From NCBI GenBank assembly GCA_031399525.1, contig JANNOZ010000002.1, forward strand, positions 129,897-193,896: a stretch of 64,000 nt of DNA, read 5' to 3'. Source of the stretch: Actinomycetes bacterium. GTDB lineage: Bacteria > Actinomycetota > Acidimicrobiia > Acidimicrobiales > CADCSY01. The translations under genes were made by a program, and so were the position numbers. The notes beneath the pieces are model-generated. The model did no database searches, was not told the origin of the DNA, and saw only the letters and a program-made list of their open reading frames with translations. Position 1 is the first letter of the stretch; each line of letters opens with the position of its first letter. Positions 38,970 through 46,732 of this stretch are shown piece by piece.

Positions 38970-40732
38970 GCGGCACCGCCGACGACGTTCGGGGGGATCC
39001 GGTGGGCTGGGGGCGACGAGGGCGGGCGCCGGGGGGCCGCCTGTCCTCCCCGCTGGGAGCGATCGCCAAGATGCTGCCATCACCGGCCGACTACGCGGGC
39101 CTGTCGCGTTCGTGGCGGGGCGACGTTGTGGCCGGTGTCACCGTCGGTGTGGTGGCGTTGCCGTTGGCGTTGGCCTTCGGCATCACCACCGGGATGGGGG
39201 CCGCCGCAGGTCTGATGACCGCGATCGTCGCTGGGCTGGTCGCCGCCGTGTTCGGCGGCTCGAACGTGCAGGTCTCAGGCCCCACCGGGGCCATGACCGT
39301 GGTCCTCGTTCCGATCGTCGCCCGGTACGGCGTCGACGCCGTGTTCGTCGTGGGGCTCATGGCCGGCGTGCTGATCATGGCTGCGTCCTTCGCCCGGCTC
39401 GGCCGCTACCTGGCCTACGTTCCGTGGCCGGTGATCGAAGGCTTCACGGTCGGGATCGCCGTGATCATCTTCCTGCAACAGGTACCCAACGCCCTTGGGG
39501 TTCCCAAGCCCGAGGGCGAGAACACCGCAGTCGTCGCCGGCAAGGCAGTGGTCGATGCCGTTGGCGGCGCCAACCTCGCGGCCCTGGGACTCGTCCTGTT
39601 GGTTGCCGCGGTGATGGTCGTGACACCTCGGCTGCACCGCTCGCTCCCTGCGTCACTGATCGCCGTGGTCGTCGCCACGCTGGTCACTCAGGTCGCCGCT
39701 CTTGATGTGGCCAAGATCGGGACCCTCCCCAGCTCGCTCCCACTGCCTTCGATTCCGTCGCTGTCTGGCGGGCAGTTGAGCCAGCTGTTCTCTGCAGCAT
39801 TCGCCATCGCTCTGTTGGGAGCCCTCGAAAGCCTGCTGTCGGCCAGGGTGGCCGACGGCATGGCCGACACCGGCCGTCACGACCCCGACCGTGAACTCTT
39901 CGGCCAAGGCCTGGCCAACCTGGCGTCACCCCTGTTCGGCGGCATGCCGGCAACCGGCGCCATCGCCCGCACCGCCGTCAACGTCCGGGCCGGGGCCCGA
40001 ACCCGGCTGGCGGCGATCGTCCACTCGATCGTGCTGATCCTCGTCGTGTACCTGGCCGGGCCCGTCGTCGCGGAGATACCCCTGGCCGCGCTGGCCGGCG
40101 TGCTGATGGTCACCTCGGCCCGGATGGTCGAGATCCACAACGTGCGTGCTGTGCTCCGGTCCACGCGGTCCGATGCCATCGTTCTGGTGCTGACCGCCAC
40201 CGCCACGATCGTGTTCGACCTCATCGTCGCGGTCGAGATCGGCATCGCCGCCGCCGCGCTGTTGACCCTGCGGAGCATTGCCCGTAGCACCACCGCCACC
40301 GCCCAAGCCGTCGACTGCGCGCCCGAGGGCCCGACCACATCTGGTGATTCGGTCGACGGACGCGAGGAGGCCCGTCTGTTGTCCGAGCGCATCGTGGCGT
40401 ACCGCCTCGACGGAGCGCTCTTCTTCGGCGCGGCCCAACGATTCCTCACCGAGCTGACGGACGTGGCGGATGTGGAGGTGGTGATCCTGCGCCTGCCGCA
40501 ACTGCAGGTGATCGACGCCACCGGAGCTCAGGCCCTGGGCGAAATCGTCGCCCAGCTCGAGGGTCGCGGGATCACCGTGCTGCTCAAGGGCGCCAGACCC
40601 GAGCATCTCAAGGTGCTCGAAGCCGTGGGCACCCTCGACCAACTCGCCCACGAGAACCACATCTTCGACAACCTCGACGACGCCATCGCCCACGCACGAT
40701 CCCACCTGAACCGGCTGCCTGCCCGGGGGTAG
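38966..40732 (+). CDS. SulP family anion transporter with STAS domain
   Basis: ATG 38966 overlaps the arsR stop (ATGA), inside ORF 38726..40732. Motifs GVTVGVVALPLALAFG and ALESLLSARVAD, with a C-terminal STAS domain. Confidence 0.9.
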   Translation: MSGTADDVRGDPVGWGRRGRAPGGRLSSPLGAIAKMLPSPADYAGLSRSWRGDVVAGVTVGVVALPLALAFGITTGMGAAAGLMTAIVAGLVAAVFGGSNVQVSGPTGAMTVVLVPIVARYGVDAVFVVGLMAGVLIMAASFARLGRYLAYVPWPVIEGFTVGIAVIIFLQQVPNALGVPKPEGENTAVVAGKAVVDAVGGANLAALGLVLLVAAVMVVTPRLHRSLPASLIAVVVATLVTQVAALDVAKIGTLPSSLPLPSIPSLSGGQLSQLFSAAFAIALLGALESLLSARVADGMADTGRHDPDRELFGQGLANLASPLFGGMPATGAIARTAVNVRAGARTRLAAIVHSIVLILVVYLAGPVVAEIPLAALAGVLMVTSARMVEIHNVRAVLRSTRSDAIVLVLTATATIVFDLIVAVEIGIAAAALLTLRSIARSTTATAQAVDCAPEGPTTSGDSVDGREEARLLSERIVAYRLDGALFFGAAQRFLTELTDVADVEVVILRLPQLQVIDATGAQALGEIVAQLEGRGITVLLKGARPEHLKVLEAVGTLDQLAHENHIFDNLDDAIAHARSHLNRLPARG

Positions 40733-40738
40733 GTCGTG

Positions 40739-40758
40739 TACCCATACCGGTAGGGGTA
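40739..40758. promoter_or_regulatory. 20-bp near-perfect palindrome TACCCATACC|GGTAGGGGTA (CsoR/CstR-type operator candidate)
   Basis: 9 of 10 arm positions are complementary. It starts 7 nt after the sulP stop and overlaps a TATTGT -10 candidate (40757-62) that ends 7 nt before ATG 40770. Confidence 0.55.
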
Positions 40759-40769
40759 TTGTGGAGCCC

Positions 40770-41039
40770 ATGGAACTTCTTCCGGAGACAATCGAGGATC
40801 TGATCAAGCGGCTGCGGCGGGTCGAGGGACAGGTCCGAGGGGTACAGCAGATGCTGGCCGACGGTCGCGAATGCCGAGACGTCGTGACCCAGATCTCCGC
40901 GGCGAGCAAGGCACTGGATCAGGCTGGTTTCGTGCTCGTGGCAGCCGGGCTCACCTGGTGCCTCGAAGACCCTGGCCGCTCGAAAGCCCAGGGCTACGAG
41001 ATCAGCGACGTCCAGAAGATGTTCACCAAGCTGGCCTGA
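40770..41039 (+). CDS. CsoR/RcnR-family repressor lacking the metal-ligand His (CstR-like)
   Basis: RLRRVEGQVRGVQQML core with Cys in GRECRD and TWCLED. The residue 4 positions before the second Cys is Gly, not His. GTG 40761 is an alternative start. Confidence 0.75.
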   Translation: MELLPETIEDLIKRLRRVEGQVRGVQQMLADGRECRDVVTQISAASKALDQAGFVLVAAGLTWCLEDPGRSKAQGYEISDVQKMFTKLA

Positions 41040-41102
41040 TCGTTTGCGGCCCAGGACCGAGAACTCCCCCACGTCGACGTCTCCCACTGAATCGAGGCAT
41101 CC

Positions 41103-42479
41103 ATGTACTTCCGCCAGTACGACCTGGCTTGCCTGTCGCTCTACAGCTATCTGATCGGCGACACCACCACTGGCCGAGCCGTGGTCGTCGATCCCCAACG
41201 CGACATCAGCGAGTACCTGGCCGATGCCGAGACCAACGGCTTGACCATCGAACGGGTCATCGAGACCCACTTCCACGCCGATTTCCTCTCCGGCCACCTC
41301 GAGCTGGCCGATGCGACCGGCGCGGCGATCTCCTACGGATCGGTGGCGACGACCGACTTCGAGATCGACCCGCTCGATGACGGACAGACGCTTTCACTCG
41401 GCGAGGTCACCCTCGAGATCCGTCACACGCCCGGGCACACCCCCGAGTCGATCTCGATCGTCGTGCGCCAGCACCCCGACGCAGAACCATGGGCCGTCCT
41501 GACCGGCGACACCCTCTTCATCGGCGACGTCGGCCGACCCGACCTGCTGACCTCCGTGGGCTACAGCGCCGAAAGCCTGGCGCGCGACCTGTACGAGTCG
41601 TTGGGGACCAAGCTCCTCACGTTGCCCGACGCCACCCTCGTCTACCCGGCCCACGGCGCCGGCTCGGCGTGCGGCAAGCACATGTCTGCCGCGGCGTCCT
41701 CCACGATCGGCGAACAGCGCGCCACCAACTACGCGCTGGCACCCATGACCGAGGAGCAGTTCGTCGCCGCCGTCACCGAGGGCCAGTCGATCGCACCGCT
41801 GTACTTCGCCTTCGCGGCCGACGCCAACCGCCGCGAACGCGGCCTGCTCGACGACCAACAACCGCCACAACCTCTGGCCATCACCGACGTCGTCACCCGC
41901 CCCGACGACGTGATCGTCATCGATACCCGCTCACCGGAGGCCTTCGCGTCGGGACATCTGCGGGGCTCGATCAACGTCGGCCTCGATGGTCGGTTCGCTG
42001 AGTACGCCGGCGACGTGCTGCGCCCAGGGCAACGGGTCGTCATCGCCGGTGACACCGGGAGGGCCACCGAAGCCAAGAACCGCCTGGCCCGAATCGGCTT
42101 CGACGACGTCATCGGAGCGGTCGACGACATCGAACGGGTCCTGGTCGAGAACCCCGACTTGGCGGAATCGGCCCGACGGCTGCCAGCCAGCGACGTGCGG
42201 GCCTGGCTCGACGAAGACGACGACACGCCGCAGATCGTCGACGTCCGCAATCCCGGCGAGGTCCGCGTCGGCGGCACCATTCCGGGCGCCCGGCTCATAC
42301 CGCTGCCTCAGCTGCTCGAGCACCTCGACCAACTCGACCCCGCACGACCCACCATCGTCTACTGCGCCGGCGGCTACCGCTCTTCGATCGCCGCATCGAC
42401 GCTGCGAGCCCACGGCTTTGCTGCCGTCGCCGACATCCTCGGGGGCTACGGCGCCTGGAACGACCTCGCGACTGGATGA
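41103..42479 (+). CDS. MBL-fold hydrolase fused to two rhodanese domains (persulfide dioxygenase-sulfurtransferase type)
   Basis: ETHFHADFLSGH metallo-beta-lactamase motif. The first rhodanese domain has no active Cys; the second has the catalytic loop YCAGGYRS. Confidence 0.8.
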   Translation: MYFRQYDLACLSLYSYLIGDTTTGRAVVVDPQRDISEYLADAETNGLTIERVIETHFHADFLSGHLELADATGAAISYGSVATTDFEIDPLDDGQTLSLGEVTLEIRHTPGHTPESISIVVRQHPDAEPWAVLTGDTLFIGDVGRPDLLTSVGYSAESLARDLYESLGTKLLTLPDATLVYPAHGAGSACGKHMSAAASSTIGEQRATNYALAPMTEEQFVAAVTEGQSIAPLYFAFAADANRRERGLLDDQQPPQPLAITDVVTRPDDVIVIDTRSPEAFASGHLRGSINVGLDGRFAEYAGDVLRPGQRVVIAGDTGRATEAKNRLARIGFDDVIGAVDDIERVLVENPDLAESARRLPASDVRAWLDEDDDTPQIVDVRNPGEVRVGGTIPGARLIPLPQLLEHLDQLDPARPTIVYCAGGYRSSIAASTLRAHGFAAVADILGGYGAWNDLATG

Positions 42480-42483
42480 CTGC

Positions 42484-43308
42484 ATGCGCGCCCTGCTCGC
42501 CTCACCGCTCGGCTTCCTCATCGGTGTGTCGCTCGGCGCGCTCGGCGGCGGCGGATCGGTTCTGGCCGTTCCCGCCCTCGTCTACGGGGCCGGCCAGGAC
42601 CCGAAGGCCGCCACCACGACCAGCTTGCTGCTCGTCGGCGTCGCCTCACTCGTGGGCATGGGCGACCACTGGCGCTCCGGTCGGGTCCGGGTGCGAACCG
42701 GGATCATGTTCGGGCTCTGCGGGATCGGCGGCTCGCTCGTCGGGTCGGCAATCAACAGGCATATCGACCCCGACGTCTTGCTCCTGGGGTTCGCCGGTCT
42801 CACCTGCATCGCCGCCTGGCGCATGCTCACCGGCTGCCCCACCTGCACCAAGGTGGGCGAAGCCGCGGCCCTCTCCCCCGTCACCAGCGGAACGACAGCG
42901 CCGGCCGCGAGCCTGACGTCGACTCGCATCGACCTTCGTGCAGTGGTCACGATCCTGGCTGCCGGCACAGGGGTGGGATTCCTCACTGGGCTGTTCGGCG
43001 TCGGCGGCGGATTCGTCATCGTGCCCGCACTGACACTGGCGTTGAAGATGCCGATGGGAGAAGCGATCGGCACGTCGCTCCTCGTCATCGTCATCAACTC
43101 GGCAGTCGCGCTCAGCGCCCGGGTCGCCACCACATCGATCGATTGGGAGGTGACCCTCCCATTCCTGATCGCCGCCATCATCGGGGTGCTCTCGGGTTCT
43201 CGAATCGCCGACCGGCTCGACCCAGTACGAAGCCTCCGATGGTTCTCGACGCTGCTCGTGGCCGTTGCCGTCTACACCGCAGCCCGAGCGACTGCAGCCC
43301 TCATCTAG
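42484..43308 (+). CDS. TauE/SafE family sulfite-exporter-like membrane protein
   Basis: ATG 42484 inside ORF 41986..43308. Two GxxGGGGxxxVPAL-type repeats (LGALGGGGSVLAVPAL, LFGVGGGFVIVPAL). CPTC motif in the central loop. Confidence 0.8.
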   Translation: MRALLASPLGFLIGVSLGALGGGGSVLAVPALVYGAGQDPKAATTTSLLLVGVASLVGMGDHWRSGRVRVRTGIMFGLCGIGGSLVGSAINRHIDPDVLLLGFAGLTCIAAWRMLTGCPTCTKVGEAAALSPVTSGTTAPAASLTSTRIDLRAVVTILAAGTGVGFLTGLFGVGGGFVIVPALTLALKMPMGEAIGTSLLVIVINSAVALSARVATTSIDWEVTLPFLIAAIIGVLSGSRIADRLDPVRSLRWFSTLLVAVAVYTAARATAALI

Positions 43309-43324
43309 TGACGGTTGGGGTGGC

Positions 43325-43498
43325 TCAGATGCGGCGGCGGCGGCCGATGCCTCGGCCCGGGGTGACCGCGGCGGCGACGACGGCGGTCTTGGCCACCGGC
43401 GACGGGCCGGGACTGACGGCCTTGGCCACCACTGCGGTCTTGGCCACCGGGTGACCGATCACTCCAGCTCGTCCAACTCGGGCGGGGCGCAAGGGCAT
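43325..43498 (-). CDS. possible small basic repeat protein
   Basis: 57 codons. ATG 43498 lies 1 nt after the stop of the upstream DUF6325-like gene. Internal VAKTAVV repeat and RRRRI tail. Could be a GC-driven chance ORF. Confidence 0.3.
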   Translation of the reverse strand: MPLRPARVGRAGVIGHPVAKTAVVAKAVSPGPSPVAKTAVVAAAVTPGRGIGRRRRI

Positions 43499-43499
43499 G

Positions 43500-43967
43500 T
43501 CAGGCTCCTTCGGCTTCGAGGGCCTCGTCGGCTTCGACGGCGGCGATGATGGCTTGCAGGGGGATCCGTCCGTTGGCGATGAGCTGGCCACCAGCCCGCC
43601 GAGCGGCCGAGGCGAACCCAGCGGCCCAGACGTTCTCGTAGATCAGCACGCCAGCCACGCTGCCCGGGTCCATGGCGGCGGCGAGGAGGGCGACGTCCTC
43701 CTCGGCCAACAGTTCGGCCAGCTCGCCGGCGATCGCCTCGAGGGGGCCGAGATCGTCGATGTCGTCCAGTTCGATGGCGTCGACCGAACCGTCGGCAGCC
43801 TTGACCAGGATGAGAATGTCGACGATGCGGATGGTGCCGGCTTCGACCAGGGCGACAAGCTCGCCGGCCATCTCGCCAGTGAAGTTCTGGGCTCCGGCGG
43901 GGAACTCGATGATGAGGTAGTCGACGGGTCCGAGCTCGTCGAGTGGGGTATCGGCCATGGGTTCCAT
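43500..43967 (-). CDS. DUF6325-like acidic protein
   Basis: LGPVDYLIIEFP..., IRIVDILILVK and VLIYENVWA pattern. Family call from memory. Confidence 0.5.
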   Translation of the reverse strand: MEPMADTPLDELGPVDYLIIEFPAGAQNFTGEMAGELVALVEAGTIRIVDILILVKAADGSVDAIELDDIDDLGPLEAIAGELAELLAEEDVALLAAAMDPGSVAGVLIYENVWAAGFASAARRAGGQLIANGRIPLQAIIAAVEADEALEAEGA

Positions 43968-44025
43968 CCCCGATCAGTCAGATGGCTGTGGTTCGGGCGA
44001 CCCTAGTGGGGGGCGGGTGGCCGGG

Positions 44026-44442
44026 TCATCGGGCTGGGCCATGTCCGGGATCACCGCCCGTCGCCACGATGGCGAGATCGATCCCCCGTCCACGCATCTC
44101 GCTCAACGCCAGGTCGGTGAGCTGTGACCCGATCCCCTGACGCTGCGCGGAGGGGTCGACCGCGATCATGTAGATCTCGCCCGAGCGCTCAGGGTCGTTG
44201 AAGACGACATTGACGAACCCAGTCACCACGCCATCGGTGACCGCCACCCAGGTGTCGTTGTTCAGAAGGGCGTCGCGAACCGCGGCGGCCTGGTGGGTGC
44301 GCCAGTCGGGGTGCACCCTGGCGTACAGCTCGTCGCCCATCGTGGCCCGGAACGAACTGAACACCGGAGCCCAGGCGCGAAGCGAGAGCTCGACGACTCG
44401 GTCGGCGTCTGGTGGCTCGAACCGACGAACTGAAGTGGTCAC
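44026..44442 (-). CDS. GNAT family N-acetyltransferase
   Basis: Acetyl-CoA motif VDPSAQRQGIGSQL. 138 aa, GTG start. Confidence 0.8.
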   Translation of the reverse strand: MTTSVRRFEPPDADRVVELSLRAWAPVFSSFRATMGDELYARVHPDWRTHQAAAVRDALLNNDTWVAVTDGVVTGFVNVVFNDPERSGEIYMIAVDPSAQRQGIGSQLTDLALSEMRGRGIDLAIVATGGDPGHGPAR

Positions 44443-44523
44443 CTTGACTCCTTTGATAGCCGTGGAACGAAGCGTCAGGCTTGGCCATCATGGGGTGACC
44501 GACCGCAAGAGAGGAGCTTTCTC

Positions 44524-45459
44524 ATGTCGCTTCCCCAGATCCAGTCCGAGCGGCCGTTCATGACCGACGGAGGGCTCGAGACCACTCTGGTGTTCCTGGA
44601 AGGACTCGATCTGCCCGAGTTCGCCGCCTTCCCGCTGCTCGATCGCGAAGACGGTCGGGCCCTGCTGGCCAGCTACTACGCCCGCTACCTCGACCTGGCC
44701 GCGCAGGCCGGAACCGGCATCGTCCTCGACACCCCGACCTGGCGGGCCAACATCGACTGGGGAGCGCGCCTGGGTTACGACCCGATCGCCCTGGCCGACG
44801 TCAACCGCCGAGCCGTCGAGTTCGTCACGTCGCTGGCGGCGACCCGTCCCGGGCTCAACAGCGTGGTCAACGGCGTCGCCGGACCCCGGGGCGACGGCTA
44901 CGTCGTCGGCGAGACCATGTCGGCGTCGGAGGCTTCGGAGTATCACGGGCTGCAGGCCGACGCCTTCGCCGACGCCGGCGCCCAGATGATCAGCGCCATC
45001 ACCATGACCTACGCCGAAGAAGCCATCGGCATCGCCCAGGCCGCCACCTCGGTGTCGCTTCCGGTGGTGATCTCGCTCACCACCGAGACCGACGGCCGCC
45101 TCCCCTCCGGCCAGCCCCTCGGCGACGCCGTCGACCAGATCGATGCCGCCACTGACGGCGCACCTGCGTACTACATGGTGAACTGCGCCCACCCCACGCA
45201 CTTCGCCCGGGTGCTCGATGACGACGGCGACTGGGTAGCGCGGATTCGAGGCGTCAGGGCCAACGCGTCGCCGCTCAGCCACGCCGAACTCGACGAAGCC
45301 ACCGACCTCGACCGAGGCGACGTCGCCGAGTTCGCCCGGCTGCACGCCGAGCTCGGAGCCCGGCTCGACCTCAAGGTCGTCGGAGGCTGCTGCGGCACCG
45401 ACGACGAGCACGTCCGCCAGGTCTACGAAGCGGTCACCGGCGAGCCCGTCGGGCAGTAA
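44524..45459 (+). CDS. homocysteine S-methyltransferase family protein
   Basis: AGAGAGGAG RBS. Motifs DGGLETTLVF and zinc site VVGGCCGTDDEH. Confidence 0.8.
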   Translation: MSLPQIQSERPFMTDGGLETTLVFLEGLDLPEFAAFPLLDREDGRALLASYYARYLDLAAQAGTGIVLDTPTWRANIDWGARLGYDPIALADVNRRAVEFVTSLAATRPGLNSVVNGVAGPRGDGYVVGETMSASEASEYHGLQADAFADAGAQMISAITMTYAEEAIGIAQAATSVSLPVVISLTTETDGRLPSGQPLGDAVDQIDAATDGAPAYYMVNCAHPTHFARVLDDDGDWVARIRGVRANASPLSHAELDEATDLDRGDVAEFARLHAELGARLDLKVVGGCCGTDDEHVRQVYEAVTGEPVGQ

Positions 45460-45604
45460 GGCGCCACGAGATCCACCAGCGGGACACCGAGTCGGCCCGA
45501 CGCCGACGACACCTGTGACCACGCCGACGCGCTCCCACGCCGCCGGCGCCCTGGCCGACGGCGTGGGATCTGCGGCGGCGAACACTGCCGCAGCGTGGGT
45601 CAGG

Positions 45605-46192
45605 TCAACCCACCGCTCGCTTGGGACTCGACGTGCCGAAGCTCGTCGGCACGGTCAGGTCACGGGTCTCGTGGCGGACGATCGACGCCAGCCACAGCTC
45701 GTGGCCGCCATACAGGATCGACAGCCAGCCGATCGCCCACGTGATGGCGAGTGCACCCGCACCCGGGTCGACGACGAGTACCAACCCGAGGAGCACGAGC
45801 ACGACCCCGCCGAGCGCTATCGACCACGTGCCGTGGAGCTGCTTGCGGGTGCTGATCGCGAACGCGATACGGGAACCTCCGATGAGGAACGACCACACCG
45901 CGATCACCATGAGCAGGGCCACCGCGGTGATGGACGGCCACACCAACGTGACCACACCGGCGGCGATGCCGGTCACCCCCGAGAAGGCCACCCAGCCGCG
46001 TTGGACCAGCGTCCTATCGCTGATCGCGGCCGACAAGGCGGCGATCCCGTCGACGAAAGCGAACGCCCCCCACAGCACCACGAGGGCCCACAGGGTGATG
46101 GACGGCCACACGAGCGTGGCCACCCCGAACAGCACGGCGGCGACGCCCTGGACGGCGAGTCGCTTCCAGCTACCGACGAAGAGCCGCATCAT
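45605..46192 (-). CDS. HdeD/DUF308 family membrane protein
   Basis: Repeated GxxxxxxGxxxLxWP segments (LFGVATLVWPSITLW, IAAGVVTLVWPSIT). Confidence 0.6.
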   Translation of the reverse strand: MMRLFVGSWKRLAVQGVAAVLFGVATLVWPSITLWALVVLWGAFAFVDGIAALSAAISDRTLVQRGWVAFSGVTGIAAGVVTLVWPSITAVALLMVIAVWSFLIGGSRIAFAISTRKQLHGTWSIALGGVVLVLLGLVLVVDPGAGALAITWAIGWLSILYGGHELWLASIVRHETRDLTVPTSFGTSSPKRAVG

Positions 46193-46641
46193 GACGTGGC
46201 CCCCGCGGTCGGCGTGGTCGCAACGACAAGGTCATCGGCGGCCATGCGGGCAAGTACGGCCTCGATGACGGCGTACTCGGCCAGGTTCAGCGCGTACTCG
46301 GCCAGCTCGATGGCGGCTTGAGCGTCCTTCTCGGACGCCTCGGCCGCCCGCACCGCCCGGTGCATCTCGTGCTCGGTCTGGCGCTGGTCGACCCGGTCCC
46401 GCAGCTCGTCGAGCGGACGCCGCATCGATGCCTTGGTCTCGTTCCACCAGTCGCGGCCGGCCAACGAGGCCTCCCGGATGGCGGACTCCATCTCGCCGAC
46501 GTCCTGCGTGAACGCCTCGTCGATCTCCTGGCGACGCTGCTCGAGTCTGGCTCGATCGGCCTCGAACGCGGCCGTGGCCGAATCCTCGAGCACCTTGACG
46601 CGCCCTGCGAGTTCCTCCAACGACTCAGATAGTTGCTTCAT
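46189..46641 (-). CDS. hypothetical coiled-coil protein
   Basis: ATG 46641 preceded by GGAGGAGCC. ATGA overlap with hdeD-like gene. Charged heptad-like sequence. Confidence 0.45.
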   Translation of the reverse strand: MKQLSESLEELAGRVKVLEDSATAAFEADRARLEQRRQEIDEAFTQDVGEMESAIREASLAGRDWWNETKASMRRPLDELRDRVDQRQTEHEMHRAVRAAEASEKDAQAAIELAEYALNLAEYAVIEAVLARMAADDLVVATTPTAGATS

Positions 46642-46732
46642 GGCTCCTCCGTTTCGTTTGGTTGCTTCCAAGGCGAACGTACGGTGGAGGGCCAGGGCAT
46701 CGAATCCCCGAAAACCCCAGTCTTCGGGTGGG

